64,000 nucleotides of DNA, taken from assembly GCF_031769215.1 (NCBI RefSeq), contig NW_026782260.1, forward strand, positions 2,666,001 through 2,730,000, read 5' to 3'. The position numbers and the translations under genes are program-made. Below the pieces are notes generated by a model that was not told the DNA's origin, made no database searches, and worked only from the letters and a program-made list of their open reading frames with translations. Position 1 is the stretch's first letter; the number at the start of each line of letters is the position of its first letter. Positions 11,101-23,869 of the stretch are shown in pieces. Source of the DNA: Ylistrum balloti (lineage: Eukaryota).

Positions 11101-13008
11101 CACCTGTTGAGGTACTTCTCTATTCCTTCTATAGGTGTGCTGTTCAAACCACTCTTTGTCTGTGGTCTGTTCCGAAATCCATATGTCTGCTCTCTGAAAC
11201 AGCTCTTGTTATTGAAGTGGATTATTAACTTGGTCAAATATCTTATCAAAAACCTAGGTTTCACATATAGCAAGAAAAGGCTGAAAACTAAAGATAAATT
11301 TGTAAAAGTTCAAATTAATGTGTGTTTGAGAATAAACTGGGGCAATCCTGTCCAATCGTACATCCCAAAATAATGTGTGTTTGAGAAGGAACCAAGGCAA
11401 TCCTGTCCCATCACATTTCCCAAATTAATGTGTGTTTGAGAAAGATCTGTGAAGTCAGTGGATTAGATATAGGTAGATATCTCTACAGATCATTTCAGAT
11501 AATTAACTATAGACTTTAACCAAATGTTAAACTCATATATCTGGTTGTGATGCAGGTGTTCCACAAGAAGTTCGACAAGATGCGTAAACACATGATTCCA
11601 GCAACAGATGAAGATACTGAGTTTAAACAAACGATCCAGATTAGTAATGAGGGAGCTGAACAGAAAACTGAAGCACTGCCGGCTATTATAATAGATGACA
11701 TGCCTAAACTTGACCTTCCCAACTCCCCCAAACTCCAGAAGCCAAAGCTCTCTGCAGGTGAAGCCCATCCACAGCTTTTGGCCCATCTGCAGTCCCCAAA
11801 CAGGGCAGGGCTGGTAAATATGCCTCTACAGCTAGGATCACAGGGACTACCAGCTCTCAATAATAATGGACTGGCCGCAGCACTTGCCCGTCCACCAGAC
11901 CTGGCTTCAGAGATGCCGGGTAGGAGTAACCAAAAGGAACAGTTACATGCCACAACAATGTTTCACTTAAAGGACAAACTAATGAGAAAATATGACAGTA
12001 TGGAAAACCTGCAAAAGATAGGTCAAAATCCAGGACAGTCCATGGAAAATGACAACAGTGCTGAAACTAATTCATCCACAGTAGAATCTCCCCCAAAGTC
12101 AGGCTACCAGGGCCACATGCCAATCCAGGGGCAGGTCCCCTCCACAGGAGTGTTTGCCCCAGGAATGTATCCAAGTGCAATGCACCCTGCCTTCATAGGC
12201 GCTGCCTACTCGTCAATGCATTCTATGAATGTGATGCCTGGATACAACCAGCACTTGGCTGGCATGCAACAGCTGGCGCAGTTTTATGGGCAGAGTCCAC
12301 AAGTAAGGTATGGTAAATTTATAAATCAATTAGTTATCTTGATTTAGTACAGTCATTTACTGTACAAAACTTTAAATCAATTATCTTAAATTCAGTTGTT
12401 TACTGTACATATTGCTAGGTCATCTGACCCTAAGGGTCTCGATATGGCCTGTAGCAATCCTTCTTTGTCCGTCATCATTGCCATCAGCAAACTTTTATTT
12501 TAAAATGCTACTCCTGACTGTCCAAATCAGCAGTTATTTATAAAAGTCATGACTTTGAACACAACACAGTGACTATACACACACAACACACTGACTACAC
12601 ACAACATACTGACTATACACACAACACACTGACTTTACACAACATACTGATTATACACAACATACTGACTATACACACACAACACACTGACTTTACACAA
12701 CATACTGACTATAAACACACAAGACACTTACTATACACACACAACACACTGACTATACACATACACAACACTGACTTCACACAGACTAACACACCACATA
12801 TTATCTACAAACACCCCAGAATGATGTCACATGATCTTTAACAGTAATGCTTCTTCCTGCTTTTCATAGATTTAGCCCTGATGGTCAGCCCCTGAACCTT
12901 TCACAAGGACCCCATGCATCAGCAGCTGTGGGGACTTCCAGAGGTGCCCCTTCTCTCAGCCTTGAGCAAGCAGTGGAACGCAAGATAAAGGAAGAAGTTA
13001 GCTCCTAG
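2183..13008 (+). CDS. E75: Nuclear receptor E75/Rev-erb (NR1D), 5'-partial; the zinc-finger exons lie upstream of the window
   Basis: Exons 2183-2220, 2506-2744, 4760-4921, 5684-5791, 7861-7981, 8722-8898, 9264-9345, 9709-10651, 10914-11111, 11556-12307, 12870-13008. All introns are GT-AG and phases are consistent. Translation gives LKKCIAVGMSRD/AVRFGRVPKKEK (NR1D DBD end and T-box), ACPLN, AIKSVVDFAKAIPGFALLNSDDQVTLLK/ASTFEVLLVRF, FDFAERFN, ALFSAVVLLSPDRPGL and DLRTLNTLHSEK (LBD helices 3-11, no AF-2 helix). Confidence 0.93.
2815..4730. repeat. 45-bp minisatellite (~42 units) filling an E75 intron
   Basis: Unit TGTGTGTTAGTTATCTACTTGTTCTGTCCTAGGTCCCTGTACTAG. Confidence 0.97.
5146..5582 (+). 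mobile_element. Short HINE-type element in an E75 intron
   Basis: 5' GGTCACCTGAG and 3' TCAGGTGACTGTCAAGGCCGCTAGGCCTCTTGT. The 3' ~100 bp is nearly identical to 39125-39232. Confidence 0.6.
6275..7600. repeat. 27-bp minisatellite in an E75 intron
   Basis: Unit GGAATAGGACCCTCACTTTGGGATATA, with degenerate units back to about 6150. Confidence 0.97.
8965..9270. repeat. ~41-bp tandem repeat ending in the E75 acceptor at 9263
   Basis: Eight (C/A)AG|GTCAG copies with the AG ending at 8972, 9006, 9047, 9088, 9129, 9170, 9218 and 9263. Confidence 0.9.
10640..10800. repeat. 44-bp tandem repeat carrying four E75 donor sites
   Basis: (C/A)AG|GTAAGGGAG with GT at 10652, 10696, 10740 and 10784. Confidence 0.92.
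12560..12800. repeat. CA-rich degenerate ~20-bp repeat in the last E75 intron
   Basis: Recurrent ACACAACAYACTGACTATAC. Confidence 0.8.
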
Positions 13009-13124
13009 TCAAATATGTATGCAAATCATTCTTCAAAGTGTGTGTTTCATCTGAAAGGACTGGGAGAGGACAAAGTTTAAAAGTTTCCTGGGAATGGCTG
13101 TATGAGACTTATCAACATGTAAGA

Positions 13125-13620
13125 GATGGAAGCATGTCGAGGATGACAAAAACATGTCTGGGATGGTAACAAGTGAAGGATGACATGAACATGTCAGGGA
13201 TGGTAACATGTTGAAGATGACATGAACATGTCAGGGATGGTAACAAGTGGAGGATGACACGAACATGCCAGGGATGGTAACAAGTGGAGGATGACACGAA
13301 CATGTCAGGGATGGTAACAAGTGGAGGATGACACGAACATTTCAGGGACGGTAACAAGTGGAGGATGACACGAACATATCAGGGATGGTAACAAGTGGAG
13401 GATGACACGAATATGTCTGGGATGGTAACAAGTGGAGGATGACACGAACGTGTCAGGGATGGTAACAAGTGGAGGATGATATGAACGTGTCAGGGATGGT
13501 AACAAGTGGAGGATGACATGAACGTGTCTGGGATGGTAACAAGTGGAGGATGACATGAACGTGTCAGGGATGGTAACAAGTGGAGGATGACACGAACATG
13601 TCAGGGATGGTAGCATGTGG
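13125..13620. repeat. 37-bp minisatellite just downstream of the E75 stop
   Basis: Unit GGGATGGTAACAAGTGGAGGATGACACGAACATGTCA. Confidence 0.95.
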
Positions 13621-14299
13621 AAATAACCCAAACATGTCAGCCATGGTGATACGTGGAGATGTTATAGAGATATTGGTGATGGTAACACTTGAGGCATAAT
13701 CTATGTCATCCTTGTACGACTAGACTGCATTGTGGGACTGAGATAGGAAAAATTGTGAATATAAGGAATGTCAGTGCTGACCTAGTGTGATATTGATGCC
13801 ACTGTGTGTTGTCTGGCATTCTAACAATATTCTTACTTTGAGTGCTAGCACCTGAAGTGCTGTGATGATTGTGCTGGCAACATTTGAATATTACCCAGTT
13901 GAAAATGTTAGGTCCTCTATACCAATGGAAAGAAGAGAGTTAAACGTTGAATGTGAGGGAGTAAAATGTCTTACAGAAGTGGTGTTCTTAGGAGCTCTTC
14001 TAGTCTTCTTATACAGCCGGACTGCAGAAGATTCATGGAAGTCATCTCCATGGAAACCCTTCTAGGTCACAAGGGGTTTGTTGTCAAGTTTGAGTGATTA
14101 ACAGTGGCATCGGGAGCTGTAATGTTGTGTATTTTGTGTGAGAATCAAAGGCAACTATTTATCGTTACTATCAAGGACTATCCAGTCAACTGATACATCA
14201 TGTGTTTTTATGGAAACCTCCCATGTGCATCCAAGGGTGGCTACGGGAACATGTCATTTACACCTAAGGTTGACTATAGGTTTCTGTCATGTACACAAA

Positions 14300-14985
14300 A
14301 ACTGGTTATGGGTACTTATTGTGCATACCCAAGGCTAGCTATGGGAACCTATTGTGCATACCCAAGGCTAGCTATTGGAACCTGTCGTGTATACCCAAGG
14401 CTAGCTATGGGAACCTATTGTGCATACCCAAGGCTAGCTATGGGAACCTATTGTGCATACCCAAGGCTAGCTATGGGAACCTATTGTGCATACCCAATGC
14501 TAGCTATGGGAACCTATTGTGCATACCCAAGGCTAGCTATGGGAACCTATTGTGCATACCCAAGGCTAGCTATGGGAACCTATTGTGCATACCCAAGGCT
14601 AGCTATTGGAACCTATTTTGCATACACAAGGCTAGCTATGGGAACCTATTGTACATACCAAAGGCTAGCTATGGGAACCTATTGTGCATACCCAAGGCTA
14701 GCTATGGGAACCTATTGTGCATACCCAAGGCTAGCTATGGGAACCTATTGTGCATACCCAAGGCTAGCTATTGGAACCTATTTTGCATACACAAGGCTAG
14801 CTATGGGAACCTATTGTACATACCAAAGGCTAGCTATGGGAACCTATTGTGCATACCCAAGGCTAGCTATGGGAACCTATTATGCATTCCCACGGCTAGC
14901 TATGAGAACCTATTGTGTATACCCAAGGCTAGCTATGGGAACATATTGTGTATACCCAAGGTTGGCTATTGGAACTTGTTGTGTA
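14300..14985. repeat. 33-bp minisatellite
   Basis: Unit CTAGCTATGGGAACCTATTGTGCATACCCAAGG. Confidence 0.95.
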
Positions 14986-16639
14986 ATGATAAACACTAGA
15001 TACTCAATAAACTTCATATATCATGGATAATTCCTCAATGATCTGTGAGTTCAGCAATTCACTCTCTTTTGTACACAGACGATAGGTATGATATATGCAT
15101 ACAGAGCCTCATTAAGTTCTTAAAATCATCTCAAATTTTGTCCTATTGTGGTATTGGAAACTGACCATAGAACAATGTATAGTTTCCTCATCTTCAACTT
15201 TTCATCATTAAATGTATTGCTTTGTGTCCTACGGAGGACCCACTGGTCCTCTGATGACATAGGGAAGGGAATTTAACAAGGTGCTTGAATATTTGTTCTT
15301 GCTCTGGTTTGAAAGGCTGTATATTTGTGATTTAAGTCTACCAACAAGCCATACACATGACTCAGAACCTAAAATTGATTTATTCATAATACTAAATAAG
15401 TACAAAATGAAACAAATCTATATTTTATTGATGTTGTATGTTATGCTTTTCGAATGGTTGGGCCTAAGTATAAATGTATTCAAAACAGATTATTCTCGTT
15501 AACTAAGTAGAGAATTAAGAGAGAATGAAGATTGGCAGATACATTGTGTCTGTTATATTCGTCAGTAATGGAGAAAAGGAAATGCAGAAGTAATTTTTAG
15601 GGTGTTCTTACCAGCAGTGTTCACAGGTACCTTTCAAATCTGGGAAAATTCTAGACCACGGTGAAGTTAATTGACGACTTCTTTTGTTCAGGACAATTTG
15701 AAGTTTGGTACATAAAGTGGCAGATCAAGAATTTCATTAGGTAACACTCAACTTATTGACCTTTGAACTTAGAGCTTTTTGGAGATATTGAACTGATATT
15801 TAATACTTGAGTGTTTTGTTTGCACTACGGAAGCAGCTAAATTAATTTTGGTCTTCTGTTAATATCATCAAATAATTGAAAAAGACTACAAAGTTACATT
15901 GAAAACCAGGTATACTCTAACAAAGCTCTGTCACACTGAATAATTTAGTTAGCAAATGGTATTGCCACATTTTATACAATTCTACTCATAGTTATTGATA
16001 GTACTTGGTGTCGAGGATACTCTGTTTTGATTACAGGGATGTACATAGTTCTGTTATTACTTTATATGACTGTACCTGCTGGTAAGTGATACAGGCCTCT
16101 GGGGCCTTTGTTAAACTGTTGCGAGGGATGCCTTATCATGATTTGTTTTTTTGTACCTTGACATGGTAGTGTTTGTATTCATTCCTGTATCATTTGCAGA
16201 CAACAGCCACTGGTTGTGAAATGAAACTGTCAGTTAATCATGTTCTGTTATTTAAATTTCTTCGTAAAGTTCAAAAAAGTTTTAAGAAGGTCTTTGTTAA
16301 ATTTTAATTAATAGCTGTTTGTATATCATGTGTTTCACAGTGCTTCATAAAAAGTTAAAGAGTATGTCCTGAAAAGGATTAAGCAAAATGGCATTTATTT
16401 TCTATTCCCAAAATTATGTCACATATTTCATATCTTCATAAATAAATAGTTTAGTTCTAGTCATTTAAGAATGAAGATTTATTTTTATTACTAGAAATGT
16501 TTTAAGTTCATAATTTAAAATGTTTAAAAACATCTTTTAATTACTCAAATTGTAGATTTTTTTTAGTAATTAATTTTTTTCCCATTTGCTCTCTAACATT
16601 GTTCTCTAACTGGGGATGTGAACATGACTAGGCATATTT

Positions 16640-17240
16640 AATATATTTATCTCCTCAGTGAGTTAATTACTTGTTTGCATATTTACCCTTAGTGAGTTAA
16701 TTGCTCATGTGTATATTTATCCATGGCGAGTTAATTGCTCCTGTGTGTATTTATCCTCAGTTAGTTGACTACTCATGGATGTATATATTCTCAATGAGTT
16801 AGTTGCTCATGTGTGAATTTATCCTCGGTGAGTCAATTGCTCATGTGGGTATTTATCCATGGCGAGTTCATTGCTCATGTGTGTATTTATCCTCAGTGAG
16901 TTGACTGCTCATGGATGTATAAATCCTCAATGAGTTAGTTACTCGTGTGTGTATTTATCCTCAGCGAGTTAATTGCTCATGTGTGCATTTATCCTCTGTG
17001 AGTTAATTACTCATGTGTGTATTTACCCTCAATGAATTAATTGCTCATGTGTGTATTTATCCTCAGTGAGTTGACTGCTCATGGATGTATAAATCCTCCA
17101 TGAGTTAATTGCTCATGTGTGTATTTATCCTCAGCGAGTTAATTGCTCATGTGTGTATTTTTCCTCAGTGAGTTAATTACTCGTGTGTGAATTTATCCTC
17201 AGCGAGTTAATTGCTCATGTGTGCATTTCTCCTCAGTGAA
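16640..17240. repeat. 34-bp minisatellite with a TGAG...CTCA inverted core
   Basis: Unit TTTATCCTCAGTGAGTTAATTGCTCATGTGTGTA. Confidence 0.9.
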
Positions 17241-17489
17241 TTAACTCATAAATGTGGATATTTCCTATCGAGTAGTTAAGTGATATTGTACATATACAAA
17301 TTTGTATCGTCATTGAGAAATCGGTTCTTTTATATCTACAATTAATCAAGTTCTGAATGAAGAATTTGAATTTTTCAAAGATATTATGGCACTGTTTGTG
17401 AATTGTATGATGTCTGATCAGATGCAAAGATATTTTTGGTCAAGGAGAGATTTTATGTTTAATAATTATTTTGTTTTAAATCAGTTTTA

Positions 17490-17492
<3 letters not shown>

Positions 17493-17522
<30 letters not shown>
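17493..17522. repeat. (TA)n microsatellite
   Basis: Uninterrupted TA run. Confidence 0.95.
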
Positions 17523-17526
<4 letters not shown>

Positions 17527-17604
17527 TAAGTTGTATATATATTCATATATATACAACTTAATTACTTCAGTGATTTCATTCACGAGCTAACACAGGTGGA
17601 AAGT

Positions 17605-17935
17605 ATGATATACACAGACAGAATGTGTGCTATAGACAGAGGGATTGTGTTACATACACAAAGAGAATGAGTGATATACACAGACAGAATGTGTGATATA
17701 GACAGAGGGATTGTGTTACATACACAAAGAGAATGAGTGATATACACAGACAGAATGTGTGATATAGACAGAGGGATTGTGTTACATACCCAAAGGGAAT
17801 GAGTGATATACACAGACAGAATGTGTGATATAGACAAAGGGATTGTGTTACATACGCAAAGGGAATGTGTGATATACACAGACAGAATGTGTGATATACA
17901 GACAGAATGTGTGATATACACAGAATGTGTGATAT
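17605..17935. repeat. 66-bp tandem repeat
   Basis: GATATACACAG recurs at 17607 and 17673 (period 66). The antisense ORFs show a 22-aa period. Confidence 0.9.
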
Positions 17936-19734
17936 ATGTATTGACCTTGTTTCAAAAAGGAAGAAACTGTGAATGATGTGCATGTTTGTTAATGAAGTAT
18001 GAAAGTGTTGGCTTGTTTTGAATTATAGAATTTGTTTTTTAGCTTCACAAACATTTGCCATCATGATTCCTATGTAAAGGTTATGGAATATATCCGTCCC
18101 ATGTAAGTCCTGAAAATTGATTGTGTTCCGGTAGTTTTGACAGAAAAGATGACAAATTTTGTATGTGTATCAGCAAAACCTGGATTCTTTGGTCATATTA
18201 CTGTTGCTTAGGCCTATGTACTCTGTATGGAAATATAAGGAAAAGATCATGTGTGGAAATATAAGGAGGAGTTATCTCCCTTATTGTTCAGATGTTGATA
18301 TTTAAGATGTTTCATTTTGTACCTGAATTGGAGGTGGCATGCATAGCTGCCATCTTGAAAATCCTGCTATCTGTTACAGAAGCAGGAATTCCACTTACTG
18401 TGGATGGTCCACATATTGTTCTTAGTAAATTTCTGATTCATGCCGCATTCAAAATGGCCGCCCTCTTAAGATTGTTTTTCTCTACAGCTCCTGAACAGAA
18501 AGTGGTATCGATAAAATGGCCGCCCTCTTAAGCTTGTTAATCTCTACTTCTCTTGAAGAGAAAGTGGTATCAATGAAAACTTTCACTGTTCTCTAATGAA
18601 TTGTCCTTATGGTCCTAAAAAAAACTTGGATGTGTGTCACATTCAACATGACAGCCATGAAATCTTGATTTCTCAGGTGTTCCTGAACAAAAACAAAAAG
18701 TTGGATGCTAGTAGACCACCAAATCCTCTGTTTCAATAGGAACTCTTGTGCAATTTGGGTGAAACAAACTATAAAAGGAAATGTTAGAACTATTAGTTGA
18801 CCAGGTTTCAGTTTCTTAGAGTATGACTTGTGCTTTATTTATTATATTGAAAATTTAGGGCAAATTTAATGTAATTCTTGACAAGGGCAATATCATTTCA
18901 ATGGATATACAATTGTGTTTGAGTGTTTTTTGTTTTTTTGTTATTAAATCACAAGACAAAAACAGGGATGTACTCTAGATAAACCATACCTAGGTTATGC
19001 CATGAGTACGCTCGGTTTTTGGTGATATACATCAATAACATAGAAACGATCCAAGGTAATCCTTACAATCCTCACAGATTGCAATACTTTTGACATTTAT
19101 AATTGACTGTCCTCTTTGATCGCTCTTTGGCAATTTATTGGCAAATCAAATCTGAGGTTAAAAATGACTTTTTATTTATTATGGGATGACAACATCGAAA
19201 AAATTGGCCATTGAAAATACTTGTTTTATAGAAGAGTAAATTATTTTTTTTTATATTGAAATGGCAAAGTAACAAGAGAGTGATTGTGTTGTAGGGATAT
19301 GATGTAAATAATCGATCAAAATTAGCCTAGAGTGGAAGCTCAGCTGTAACTGTACTGTTTTGTTTATTTAATGTGATGGACAGCTGCTTGTCTGGCAGTT
19401 GGTAAATGTGCAGATTTAAATTATTAAAACAGATTTCAACAACCTCTATTCCGTATTTCGATATTTGGGTGATTTTATCTGAATCTTCTCAAATTTCACC
19501 TGTGAGATTTAACTGTAACCTGGCTGCAATAACCTAAAGATGTCTAAAATCAAAGATGGCAGCTAAGATTGACATCTTGGAAATGCATTCTTCCACCAGT
19601 GCTATGGACCTGAACATTTTCAGCAGCTCCACCAGTGCTATGGACCATAATATTTTCTCCAGTTTCACCAGTATTTGAACCTAAAATTTGATTGGAATAT
19701 CAAAGAGGGTTTCTAGCATATTCTCTGTCACAAA

Positions 19735-20070
19735 ACTACACTACTGGTCAATGTCTGTCTTTCCATCCATTCTTTCTTTCTCTTCACCAGACTCTATCCC
19801 CTACACTACTGGTCATTGTCTGTCTTTCCATACATCCTTCCTTTCTCTTGACCAGACTCTATCTCCTACACTACTGGTCATTGTCTGTCTTTCCATCCAT
19901 CCTTCCCTTATCTTGACCAGACTCTATCTCCTACACTACTGGTCATTTTCTTTCCATCCATCCTTCCTTTATCTTGACCAGACTCTATCTCCTACACTAC
20001 TGGTCATTGTCTGTCTTTCCATCCATCCTTCCTTTATCTTGACCAGACTCTATCTCCTACACTACAGGTC
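19735..20070. repeat. 65-bp pyrimidine-rich tandem repeat
   Basis: ACCAGACTCTATCTCCTACACTACTGGTC recurs at 19851 and 19916. Confidence 0.9.
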
Positions 20071-20554
20071 ATTTGCACACCTGAAGGAGAACTATAATAT
20101 GTATTGTACCAATCTTAAGGAAGGGCATGTTGGCACATTTTTTAGGGCAGTTTACCATTCTGAAGGTTGTGTACAACTGTGTGCTACTTTTGAGGACAGT
20201 GCACCAGTTTGAGGGCAGTGCACCAGTTTGAGGACAGAGCACCTGTTTGAGGACAGTGCACCAGTTTGAAGGCAGAACAATATCCTGATATGATTTACCT
20301 GTGAAGGCAACTCTGATCATCTAAATTTTATTTAACTAAAATGTTATCTTTAGCAGTGGGAAAGACTGTGTTATTGCCCAGGTTATAGCTTGCCTTGATT
20401 TATTGACATTCACAGGTACTCTTGTGTTTCACTGTGGACCCATCTTCATTATCCAGCCAAGATGACCTTTGGCATTGAATGTATGGTTTGCCTCCTCTTG
20501 TCTGTGCCAAACAGTTTTCCAGCATATGAATATTTTTCCAATCTGAAATATATC

Positions 20555-22845
20555 AAGGTAATCAGTGATCAGTGTTACAGGTCCTCCTGGTCTAAAGGTA
20601 ATCAGTGATCAGTGTTACAGGTCCTCCTGGTCTAAAGGTAATCACTGATCAGTGTTACAGGTCCTGGTCTAAAGGTAATCACTGATCAGTGTTACAGGTC
20701 CTGGTCTAAAGGTAATCACTGATCAGTGTTACAGGTCCTCCTGGTCTAAAGGTAATCAGTGTTCAGTGTTACAGGTCCTTCTGGTCTAAAGGTAATCACT
20801 GATCAGTGTTACAGGTCCTGGTCTAAAGGTAATCACTGATCAGTGTTACAGGTCCTCCTGGTCTAAAGGTAATCACTGATCAGTGTTACAGGTCCTGGTC
20901 TAAAGGTAATCACTGATCAGTGTTACAGGTCCTGGTCTAAAGGTAATCACTGATCAGTGTTACAGGTCCTGGTCCAAAGGTAATCACTGTTCAGTGTTAC
21001 AGGTCCTTCTGGTGTAAAAGTAATCACTGATCAGTGTTACAGGTCCTGGTCTAAAGGTAATCACTGATCAGTGTTACAGGTCCTGGTCTAAAGGTAATCA
21101 CTGATCAGTGTTACAGGTCCTGGTCTAAAGGTAATCACTGATCAGTGTTACAGGTCCTGGTCTAAAGGTAATCACTGATCAGTGTTACAGGTCCTCCTGG
21201 TCTAAAGGTAATCACTGATCAGTGTTACAGGTCCTTCTGGTCTAAAGGTAATCACTGATCAGTGTTACAGGTCCTCCTGGTCTAAAGGTAATCACTGATC
21301 AGTGTTACAGGTCCTGGTCTAAAGGTAATCACTGATCAGTGTTACAGGTCCTGGTCTAAAGGTAATCACTGATCAGTGTTACAGGTCCTGGTCTAAAGGT
21401 AATCACTGATCAGTGTTACAGGTCCTTCTGGTATAAAGGTAATCACTGATCAGTGTTTCAGGTCCTTCTGGTCTAAAGGTAATCACTGATCAGTGTTACA
21501 GGTCCTCCTGGTCTAAAGGTAATCACTGATCAGTGTTACAGGTCCTGGTCTAAAGGTAATCACTGATCAGTGTTACAAGTCCTTCTGGTATAAAGGTAAT
21601 CACTGATCAGTGTTACAGGTCCTCCTGGTCTAAAGGTAATCACTGATCAGTGTTACAGGTCCTCCTGGTCTAAAGGTAATCACTGATCAGTATTACAGGT
21701 CCTCCTGGTCTAAAGGTAATCACTGATCAGTGTTACAGGTCCTGGTCCAAAGGTAATCACTGATCAGTGTTACAGGTCCTCCTGGTCTAAAGGTAATCAC
21801 TGATCAGTGTTACAGGTCCTGGTATAAAGGTAATCACTGATCAGTGTTACAGGTCCTGGTATAAAGGTAATCACTGATCAGTGTTACAGGTCCTGGTCTA
21901 AAGGTAATCACTGATCAGTGTTACAGGTCCTGGTCTAAAGGTAATCACTGATCAGTGTTACAGGTCCTCCTGGTCTAAAGGTAATCACTGATCAGTGTTA
22001 CAGGTCCTGGTCTAAAGGTAATCACTGATCAGTGTTACAGGTCCTGGTCTAAAGGTAATCACTGATCAGTGTTACAGGTCCTGGTCTAAAGGTAATCACT
22101 GATCAGTGTTACAGGTCCTGGTCTAAAGGTAATCACTGATCAGTGTTACAGGTCCTGGTCTAAAGGTAATCACTGATCAGTGTTACAGGTCCTGGTCTAA
22201 AGGTAATCACTGATCAGTGTTACAGGTCCTTCTGGTATAAAGGTAATCACTGATCAGTGTTACAGGTCCTTCTGGTCTAAAGGTAATCACTGATCAGTGT
22301 TACAGGTCCTTCTGGTCTAAAGGTAATCACTGATCAGTGTTACAGGTCCTGGTCTAAAGGTAATCACTGATCAGTGTTACAGGTCCTGGTCTAAAGGTAA
22401 TCACTGATCAGTGTTACAGGTCCTGGTCTAAAGGTAATCACTGATCATCAGTGTTACAGTGTCAGTGTTACAGGTCCTGGTCTAAAGGTAATCACTGATC
22501 AGTGTTACAGGTCCTGGTCTAAAGGTAATCACTGATCAGTGTTACAGGTCCTTCTGGTATAAAGGTAATCACTGATCAGTGTTACAGGTCCTCCTGGTCT
22601 AAAGGTAATCACTGATCAGTGTTACAGGTCCTGGTCTAAAGGTAATCACTGATCAGTGTTACAGGTCCTTCTGGTATAAAGGTAATCACTGATCAGTGTT
22701 ACAGGTCCTCCTGGTCTAAAGGTAATCACTGATCAGTGTTACAGGTCCTCCTGGTCTAAAGGTAATCACTGATCAGTGTTACAGGTCCTGGTCTAAAGGT
22801 AATCACTGATCAGTGTTACAGGTCCTTCTGGTCTAAAGGTAATTT
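20555..22845. repeat. 37/40-bp palindromic minisatellite (~60 units)
   Basis: Unit AAGGTAATCACTGATCAGTGTTACAGGTC(CT[CT])CTGGTCTA, containing the perfect palindrome CACTGATCAGTG. Confidence 0.97.
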
Positions 22846-23024
22846 AGTCAAATTGCAATTTTTGTTTAAGTTTACCTGCCAGAATGAGATAATGGTACAG
22901 CACCCATTATCCACCATCCGTCCACCACCAAGTTCTAGCTGTTCAAAAGAAAGACATGGACTCAACCAAATTTAAAGGTTACTAGAATAATTTGTGTCAA
23001 AATCATCCAGCAATTACTTCTGCT

Positions 23025-23290
23025 GTAGGTTCACAGTGGCTCCATCAGTATTCTACTGTGGGTTCACAGTGGCTCCATCAGTATTCTACTGTAGGATCAC
23101 AGCGGCTCCATCAGTATTCTACTGTGAGTTCACAGTGGCTCCATCGGTATTCTACTGTGGGTTCACAGTGGCTCCATCAGTATTCTACTGTGGGTTCACA
23201 GCGGCTCCATCAGTATCCTACTGTGGGTTCACAGCGGCTCCATCAGTATCCTACTGTAGGTTCACAGTGGCTCCATCGGTATCCTACTTT
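23025..23290. repeat. 33-bp minisatellite
   Basis: Unit GGGTTCACAGTGGCTCCATCAGTATTCTACTGT. Confidence 0.92.
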
Positions 23291-23869
23291 AAGTACACTG
23301 TAGAGCCTTAAGTACACTGTTGTACTTTAGGTACACTGTTGTACTGTCGGTAGTGTACTGTAAGTACATTGTTGTACCGTCGGTAGTGTACTGTTGTACT
23401 AAAGTACTGTAGGTTTACTATCTTTTTGAAGTATCTAAAATGGTCAATAATTGTAAAATTTTATTTCACACAGAAAACTCTTGTATTTAAAGTAATTATG
23501 GTGATTTCAGTGAGCGAAAGTTAATGACTGTCCAGAAAAATTGGGGAAAAAAAACTCTGCAATGAAAAGTATAAGGCATATATTTGTGTAAAGATCTTGT
23601 TAGTAAATACTTTTGAAATGTTCTGTACAATATGATTATGTGCAATTAGTGTATTTATTTGGTGTGAGGAGTGTGGTTATATGTGTTTATAGAGTACTGT
23701 TATACAGAAGTAGAAACTAATTTATATTGTAATGTTTTATTTATATGGTTGACTGATGCTTGGGCTGGAGTGTTAAAGATGGTGTAAAGTCAGTCTTGTT
23801 TTCCTACTTAATGTGTGATGATGACAGCAAGGTCTTGTCTTACACTTCTGTAAATGTTATGTCATACCC

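Noticed and set aside
10879-11373. Independent 164-aa overlapping gene
   Set aside because: It has no promoter or homology support. It is only relevant as the frame reached if E75 donor 10696 is used.
14200-15030. Two overlapping repetitive ORFs (YPRLAMGTYCA and IPKASYGNLLC)
   Set aside because: A 33-bp array open in two frames, with nothing else to indicate coding.
20555-22845. CRISPR-like appearance of palindromic ~35-bp arrays (also 59500-60860)
   Set aside because: Units are head-to-tail with no unique spacers, there are no cas genes, and the context is eukaryotic.
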